A DNA stretch of 29,394 nt from Octopus sinensis (Eukaryota). The position numbers and the translations under genes were made by a program. The stretch spans positions 1 to 29,394 of the forward strand of contig NW_021832950.1 in the NCBI RefSeq assembly GCF_006345805.1, read 5' to 3'. This document shows, piece by piece, positions 22,870 through 29,394 of the stretch. The first letter of the stretch is position 1. Every line of letters begins with the position of its first letter. Under the pieces are notes generated by a model, which did no database searches, was not told where the DNA came from, and saw only the letters and a list, made by a program, of their open reading frames with translations.

Positions 22870-23600
22870 CACACATATTCATAAGCACAAACACACACAC
22901 GCACACACACACACACATATATACATATAAATACTTATACACACACACACACATATATACATATATATACTTATACATACACACACACACATATATACAT
23001 ATACATACTTATACATACACACACACATATATACATATATATACTTATACATACACACACACACATACACACATATATATATACATATATATATACTTAT
23101 ACATACACACACACACATACACACATATATATATACATATATATATACTTATACATACACACACACACAAAGCACTTCATTTCTTATCGTGATTGTTGTA
23201 AATGCTATTCATACGAAGAGATGCCCGCACGCACACACACACACACACACACATAAACACGCTTACACTCATATATACATGTGTGTGTGTGTGTGTGTGT
23301 TTTACTCTTTTCACTTGCAAAGTGGTTTGACATTCGCGTCTCTTCACTGTCGAAAATATATGTACGTGTGTGTGTGTGTGTGCGTGTGTGTGTGTCCGTG
23401 TGTGTGTGCGTGTGTGTGTGTATGTGTTTGTGTATTTGTGTATGTGTGTGTGTGTGTATGTGTGTATGTGTGTATGTGTTTGTGTATTTGTGTATGTGTG
23501 TGTATGTGTGTATGTGTTTGTGTATTTGTGTATGTGTGTGTATGTGTGTATGTGTTTGTGTATTTGTGTATGTGTGTGTATGTGTGTGTGTCTGTGTGAG
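22870..23600. repeat. Compound CA/TA and GT minisatellites (~30-36-bp degenerate units)
   Basis: Repeats of acacacacacatatatacatatatacttatacat and tgtgtatgtgtttgtgtatttgtgta. Confidence 0.85.
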
Positions 23601-24239
23601 TGTGTCCTTAAAATAGATGAAAAAAAAAACCCTACAGATACAACTGAAGAGGAAAGCGATAGCGAAACAGTGGTTATGTGTGAGTATGTGTATGTGTGTA
23701 TGTGTGTATATGTTGTGCATGTGTATGCGAGTATATGTCTGTGTGTGTGTGTGTGTGTGGTTAGTGACGGAAAGCGAAACGAACGGATGGTGTCGTGCGT
23801 GCGTATGTGTGTCTAAGGGGGGGGTGCAGGATGTTAAGAGGGGAGGGGTTGGTGGTGTTGATGATGTTAGAATTGGTGACGGCACAGTCGGTGGGGTGGG
23901 CCAGGGGCGAGGGGCAGATAATTGGAAGCCTGGGGCGGGCTGGGGGGCGGGGAACGTTATCCCAGCGCAATTCTGTCAAGAAGAAACTAGAAAAAAAAAC
24001 TATACAAACGAGAGAACAAAAATCCGATAGAAACTAAAGAGTGATATGTTGGTAGGTGTTGGTCGTGGTTAGATTGGTGAAGAGTGTAGGTTAGTATGAA
24101 GGAACTCTGACGACTCCCCGTTTCTGGGTTCCTTTTTTACTTTTTCTATTTTATTAGTTTTTCGTTTTTTATATTCTTTACATTTTCTGAGTTTTTCAAT
24201 GGAACAATTTTCCAAAGACAACTTTCGCATGAATTAGCT

Positions 24240-24521
24240 TTAATGGTCGAGTCGAGTATATATATATGTGTGTGTGTACATGTGTGTGTCTGTGGGAGGG
24301 TGGTTATTTTTTATATATTTGTGTGTGAACGTGCGTATGTGTGTATATATATATATATGTATATGTGTGTACATATATATATATGTGTGTATACGTATAT
24401 ATATACGTTTATATGTGTGTGTATATATTGTATACGTACATATGTATATATATATATGCATGCATATAATATAATATATATTGTATATATATATATGTAT
24501 ATATATATGTATATATATTTG

Positions 24522-24565
<44 letters not shown>

Positions 24566-24621
24566 TATATAATATAAATAATATGTAATACATATTTATA
24601 TGTATATATATATATGTATGG

Positions 24622-24656
<35 letters not shown>

Positions 24657-24731
24657 TATATATATATTATAGTGTGTGTGTGTGTGTGATGGATATATGT
24701 ATACATATATATATTTGTATTTATTTATAAT

Positions 24732-24782
<51 letters not shown>
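24240..24782. repeat. Imperfect (TA)n tract; insertion site of the PLE 3' end
   Basis: Directly visible. It abuts the PLE terminus at 24784. Confidence 0.9.
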
Positions 24783-24880
24783 CCGGAGTAAACACATAAA
24801 TGTGAAACAAGGTGGAAAAAAGAGTACTCAAATACCAGTGGTAGAGTAATTGCTTTATTTTAAGCAGCAGAAAATTCAAC

Positions 24881-24927
24881 AAAATCTGTTACTCTGAGTT
24901 TCTCGTTGCCGTTCATCAGACAGTTTT
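24881..24927 (-). ncRNA. Minimal type I hammerhead ribozyme in the PLE 3' repeat
   Basis: Minus strand: AAAACTGT-CTGATGA-A-CG-gcaa-CG-A-GAAA-CT-cag-AG-TA|ACAGATTTT. GUA triplet; stem II is only 2 bp closed by a GNRA loop. Confidence 0.75.
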
Positions 24928-25917
24928 TGCTAGAATGGATCTTATATATTAATTCAATCTATACTCTTACAAACGCTACACCTTTAAAAAGAAATGGACT
25001 TGTTTGATTGGCCCTTTAGAAAAAACGGTCAATCTTCGAGCGATAAACAAAAAGGTCAAAAATATATGTATATATATATAAAAAAATTATAAAATTATAA
25101 AATCCGAGGAAAAAACCGAGAAAAAACCTATTGCCGTTAATGAAGACAGTACAAATTAATGCATAGAAATTAAACTGTTATAAATACTGCAATACATATT
25201 TATATTAAATCCACATATATATATCAACATACACAAAAGGATGCGCGTAAACGCCATACATACATATACAGACGTATGAATATGAATCTAAATTATACAC
25301 ATAAAAGCATGTGTACATATATTCACGCAAACGTCTCGCACGCAAGCTAAAATTCATCTATGTAGCAATTCTCATATACTGAGCAAGGAGGGGGAACGAA
25401 AGAAAGGGAAAGAGAGAAAAAGGAACGAAGGAGGGGTGGGGAAAAACTTGTAGCGATGTTATTGGCATCTATAGAGGCCAGTATACATACACAAGTTTGA
25501 ATTGATACATATACATACCGTCGTGTGTATGCGTGCTTAAGCACAAGCATACTTTCACTTACACATACACAGATACGCATGCTTACAATACATATGCTTT
25601 GCTATACACAACTTATATAAACATTCTAAATTTGACAACATTGCTTTTTTTTAAAAAAAAACATTGCTTTTAAAAATGGGTGCATTAATAAAATATATAC
25701 GAAAGACATATAAATAAATATAACATCCTATTTTGGGTCATTTATAATAATCAAGGTAATATAAATAATCAAGGTAATCTTATGCAATACAATAACATGA
25801 AAACAAAGTTTGTAGGTTTTTCCTAATATATATGTAGAAACAATAAGACTTTGCTATAGGTCCGTCGTAGCGCTCAAGATTCAAAATCAAAATCAAAATC
25901 AAAATACAAAATATACT

Positions 25918-26309
25918 CTATCCATATGGTATATTTATATTCGACATTTTAAATTTAGCCGCGTGCCTACATAAGTTCATTAACTCACTTCTTTGATTCA
26001 AAGAATTATTGTCTTTGAATAATATGTGCATTTTCTCTAATAAGCAAAGCCTGCACTTGAAATTATATTTGTAAGCTCCATGCCTGTATGGTGCCGCCCT
26101 GTCCAGAATGCTCCATGTCACGTTGAAAGGTGGGGCTTCCTTTTCTTTTAGTTCCCAGACATATTTTGCTAGGCTGGTTTTCTTCCTATTCTCTGGGTAT
26201 TTAAAAGAATTCTTATGAGAATAAAATCTTGTTAAATGAATTTTCTGAAGCCCCTGTGTATGTCTTGTATTCCGATGAGCCTTCCACTTGCACCTTGGCT
26301 CTATACTAC
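25918..26309 (-). CDS. GIY-YIG endonuclease domain, frameshifted twice
   Basis: Repaired: VVYRAKVQVEGSSEYKTYTGASENSFKTRFYSHKNSF...KCRLCLLEK..NQRSELMNLCRH. VVY/YTG is the GIY/YIG equivalent, with the catalytic Arg in FKTRF. Confidence 0.85.
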
Positions 26310-28046
26310 TCCTTTCACTAGACATTTCCCTTCTAACGGACAGGAGCTTTCGTTTTTGAAATTACATTTCTTAATGGGCTCGGCACCATGTCTAATCTCA
26401 ATTAGCTTCCTATTATGTTGGCTAATGTAAGAGGCGAAATTTCTGCAACAAGAATAGCTAACCTTCAGGGTTCTTCTATTAAATATTCTGTAGAATTTAT
26501 GACCCTGCTTAAAATGCTTAGAGACTAATCTCAAAAATTCCTTACCTATATTAGTCTTTACGGCCAAATTGAAAGCCGGGTTGAACCACAAAACTTTCCT
26601 GGTCCTAGTTCTTCGTGCAGCATTATTATTAGCATTAAGCTGGTTGAACTGGATCTTCTCCGAGAATCCACTATTCTTTAATGCGCTATCGTAATAAGGT
26701 GCAGCATTATGGAATGCTGCCTCGTCCGAAGAAATTGAAGATATTCTTCTACCTACATTGCTGACTAAGTTGCTAAGGATAACTGGTGGATGGTTCGAAT
26801 CTTTGCTAATATACGATAGCTTTTCATTGGGCTTACGGAAAGGTTTAAATCTATCCGATCTTACATTAAAATTTACGTCTAAAAAATCTACACTATTCAG
26901 GTTAGTATCTATCGTAATCCGTAAGCCCATCCTTTGAAAGAAAGCTATAAGGTCCTTCCTAAGTCTATCTGATTCATGGCCGTTTAGATTATGCGTGGCT
27001 ATAAGGCCGTCATCCCTATATAGACCTGCATCTATAAATGGGAATTCTATTTTTAGATTATGGAGAATAAAGGCTCCTATGAGCATACATAATTCAGCCC
27101 CGTCGTATGCCCCCATCGGTACATCGAAAAGAGAATCCTCAGTCTTCTTAATCCAGGTGGAATCCTCGAAAAACAGAAGCGATTTCCTCGCATGCATAAT
27201 AATTTCAATTTCCGAGCTATCGATGTTGACATACTGCTTGGCGAAGTCCAATGCCCTTAGGAGCAACGTCCTAGATATCGACGGGTAAAAGTCAATAATG
27301 TCGAATTGTGTGAAACTACAATTATTCTTATAGCTAATACCTTTAAACCACTCTATAACTGACTTACTATTCTTCCAAATTCTCAAGTCTACTTCACTAT
27401 CTAACTTAACTAAAATACGGTCTAAAATATTTTTGCTAATAATTCCTATCTCAGTTTTAGCCGGATTTATCAATCTACATTTGGGGTTTCTACTAAAATT
27501 GTCTTTATGGTCTTTCAGAGTAATAAAAGCTGGTCGTGGTGAAAGGTATTCAATCCTATCGCTAATCTTAAGATCGTTAGCTATTCCTCTTGCTTCTAAG
27601 TTCACCTCTTTGTATATATTCGTGTTGTCTTTTTTGTATGTGTCCGTGACACTATTCGAAATCAGGCGTTTATAAACGTCCTTATCAAGTGCATATAAGT
27701 TCCTTGTCTTGTCAGAATTAACGAAGATCTTATTCGAGTCGTTAATCTCCTTAATTTTTTCTCTCATGTTTTTTTGCAATTGGTTGGTAAATTTGCGGAA
27801 TTTAATTTCCTAATAAGCTCGAAAAGGTCTTTCTCGAAGGCTTCTAATTCCGGAATCGGTGGTGGGTTTCTGGGAGATTTAAATCCATATTTGTTACCTT
27901 CTATTTTCTGTTATTATCAAAGAAGAAGGCTTTCCATCTCAGTCTTCTAATAACTCTTCCGTTTTCTCTATAAGACCTTTGATATATTGTTTCCGTGCAG
28001 GGATAGGTATATTTTTCTGAGAAAAATCCAGCGGGTAAAGTTCCAT
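25918..28046 (-). CDS. PLE polyprotein, RT plus GIY-YIG endonuclease (~710 aa after repairing five frameshifts)
   Basis: ATG at 28046: MELYPLDFSQKNIPIP..IEKTE/RVIRRLRWKAFFF/..YGFKSPRNPPPIPELEAFEKDL/..KFRKF joins the 492-aa ORF. The endonuclease continues after two more shifts at ~26302 and ~26235. Confidence 0.85.
26301..27779 (-). CDS. Uninterrupted PLE reverse transcriptase core (492 aa)
   Basis: KDHK..KCRLINP, FDIIDFYPSI (motif A), VPMGAYDG (B'), YRDD (C), FLDV (E), SNHPP thumb, and Cys-rich linker KCNFKNESSCPLEGKC. Confidence 0.95.
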   Translation of the reverse strand: MQKNMREKIKEINDSNKIFVNSDKTRNLYALDKDVYKRLISNSVTDTYKKDNTNIYKEVNLEARGIANDLKISDRIEYLSPRPAFITLKDHKDNFSRNPKCRLINPAKTEIGIISKNILDRILVKLDSEVDLRIWKNSKSVIEWFKGISYKNNCSFTQFDIIDFYPSISRTLLLRALDFAKQYVNIDSSEIEIIMHARKSLLFFEDSTWIKKTEDSLFDVPMGAYDGAELCMLIGAFILHNLKIEFPFIDAGLYRDDGLIATHNLNGHESDRLRKDLIAFFQRMGLRITIDTNLNSVDFLDVNFNVRSDRFKPFRKPNEKLSYISKDSNHPPVILSNLVSNVGRRISSISSDEAAFHNAAPYYDSALKNSGFSEKIQFNQLNANNNAARRTRTRKVLWFNPAFNLAVKTNIGKEFLRLVSKHFKQGHKFYRIFNRRTLKVSYSCCRNFASYISQHNRKLIEIRHGAEPIKKCNFKNESSCPLEGKCLVKGVV

Positions 28047-28113
28047 CTTTTTCAGCTGTTTGTTCTTCCTACTTGTGCAGAGTCGCTCAAACTTTTACAA
28101 GGAGCGGGTTAGA

Positions 28114-29394
28114 CGGAGTAAACACATAAATGTGAAACAAGGTGGAAAAAAGAGTACTCAAATACCAGTGGTAGAGTAATATGCTTTATTTTAAGCAGCA
28201 GAAAATTCAACAAAATCTGTTACTCTGAGTTTCTCGTTGCCGTTCATCAGACAGTTTTTGCTAGAATGGAACTTATATATTAATTCAATCTATACTCTTA
28301 CAAACGCTACACCTTTAAAAAGAAATGGACTTGTTTGATTGGCCCTTTAGAAAAAACGGTCAATCTTCGAGCGATAAACAAAAAGGTCAAAAATATATGT
28401 ATATATATAAAAAACTTATAAAAATTATAAAATCCGAGGAAAACGAGGAAAAAACCTATTGCCGTTAATGAAGACAGTACAAATTAATGCATAGAAATTA
28501 AACCTGTTATAAATACTGCAATACATATTTATATTAAACTCCACATATATATATCAACATACACAAAAGGATGCGCGTAAACGCCATACATACATATACA
28601 GACGTATGAATATGAATCTAAATTATACACATAAAAGCATGTGTACATATATTCACGCAAACCGTCTCGCACGCAAGCTAAAATTCATCTATGTAGCAAT
28701 TCTCATATACTGAGCAAGGAGGGGGAACGAAAGAAAGGGAAAGAGAGAAAAAGGAACGAAGGAGGGGTGGGGAAAAAACTTGTAGCGATTATTGGCATCT
28801 ATAGAGGCCAGTATACATACACAAGTTTGAATTGATACATATACATACCGTCGCATACTTTCACTTACACATACACAGATACGCATGCTTACAAATACAT
28901 ATGCTTTGCTATACACAAACTTATATAAACATTCTAATTTGACACATTGCTTTTTTTTTAAAAAAAAACATTGCTTTTAAAAATGGGTGCATAATAAAAA
29001 ATATATCGAAACATATAAAATAAAATATAACATCCTATTTTGGGTCATTTATAAATAATCAGGTAATATAAATAATCAAGGTAATCTGATGCAATACAAT
29101 AACATGAAAACCAAGTTTGTAGGTTTTTCCAATATATATGTAGAAACAATAAGACTTTGCTATAGGTCGTCGTAGCGCTCAAGATTCAAAATCAAAATCA
29201 AAATCAAAATACAAAATATATACTCTATCCATATGGTATATTTATATTCGACATTTTAAATTAGCCGCGTGCCTACATAAGTTCTTAACTCACTTCTTTG
29301 ATTCAAAGAATTATTGTCTTTGAATATATGTGCATTTTCTCTAATAAGCAAAGCCTGCACTTAAAATTATATTTGTAAGCTCCATGCCTGTATG
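28114..29394 (-). mobile_element. Upstream tandem copy or pseudo-LTR of the PLE (3' end of EN plus 3' region), truncated by the window edge
   Basis: Direct repeat of 24784-26090 differing mainly by small indels and one 24-nt deletion. Confidence 0.95.
28212..28258 (-). ncRNA. Minimal type I hammerhead ribozyme, upstream copy
   Basis: Identical to 24881-24927. The predicted cut lies 174 nt before the ATG. Confidence 0.75.

Larger units (their letters stand above)
24784..28113 (-). mobile_element. Near-intact Penelope-like retroelement, 3330-bp unit, C-terminal GIY-YIG type (probably Hydra clade)
   Basis: Single RT-EN ORF, ~1.1-kb 3' region containing an HHR, terminus in (TA)n. The sequence from CGGAGTAAACAC at 24784 recurs at 28114. 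Confidence 0.93.

Noticed and set aside
25918-28046. Selenocysteine recoding or programmed frameshifting in the PLE ORF
   Set aside because: There is no in-frame TGA at Cys positions. Five scattered homopolymer indels are better explained by sequencing error or decay.

Overview
Repeat-saturated, AT-rich eukaryotic DNA with no prokaryotic features. It is probably cephalopod/Octopus-like, judged from recalled SINE and microsatellite families rather than a search. Most long ORFs in the track are artefacts of (TA)n, (GT)n, (CATA)n, (ATT)n and (ATC)n tracts. The main element is a young Penelope-like retroelement (PLE) on the minus strand (24784-28113). It encodes a ~710-aa RT plus C-terminal GIY-YIG protein broken only by five 1-2 nt indels, and it lies head-to-tail with a second copy that runs off the window end. 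Each copy carries a minimal type I hammerhead ribozyme (HHR). An older PLE of the same type lies at ~8750-10860 (+). I count nine HHR-like motifs from about seven sequence families. One is a G3-C8 core-swap variant, and three sit at the centre of inverted duplications. The window also holds a decayed mariner, remnants of L1/Tx1, RTE, CR1 and R4/Dong LINEs, and three tRNA-SINE families, one forming 184-bp tandem arrays. A few candidate exons of an unidentified plus-strand host gene are scattered through it. All alignments and folds were done by eye, and boundaries marked ~ are approximate.
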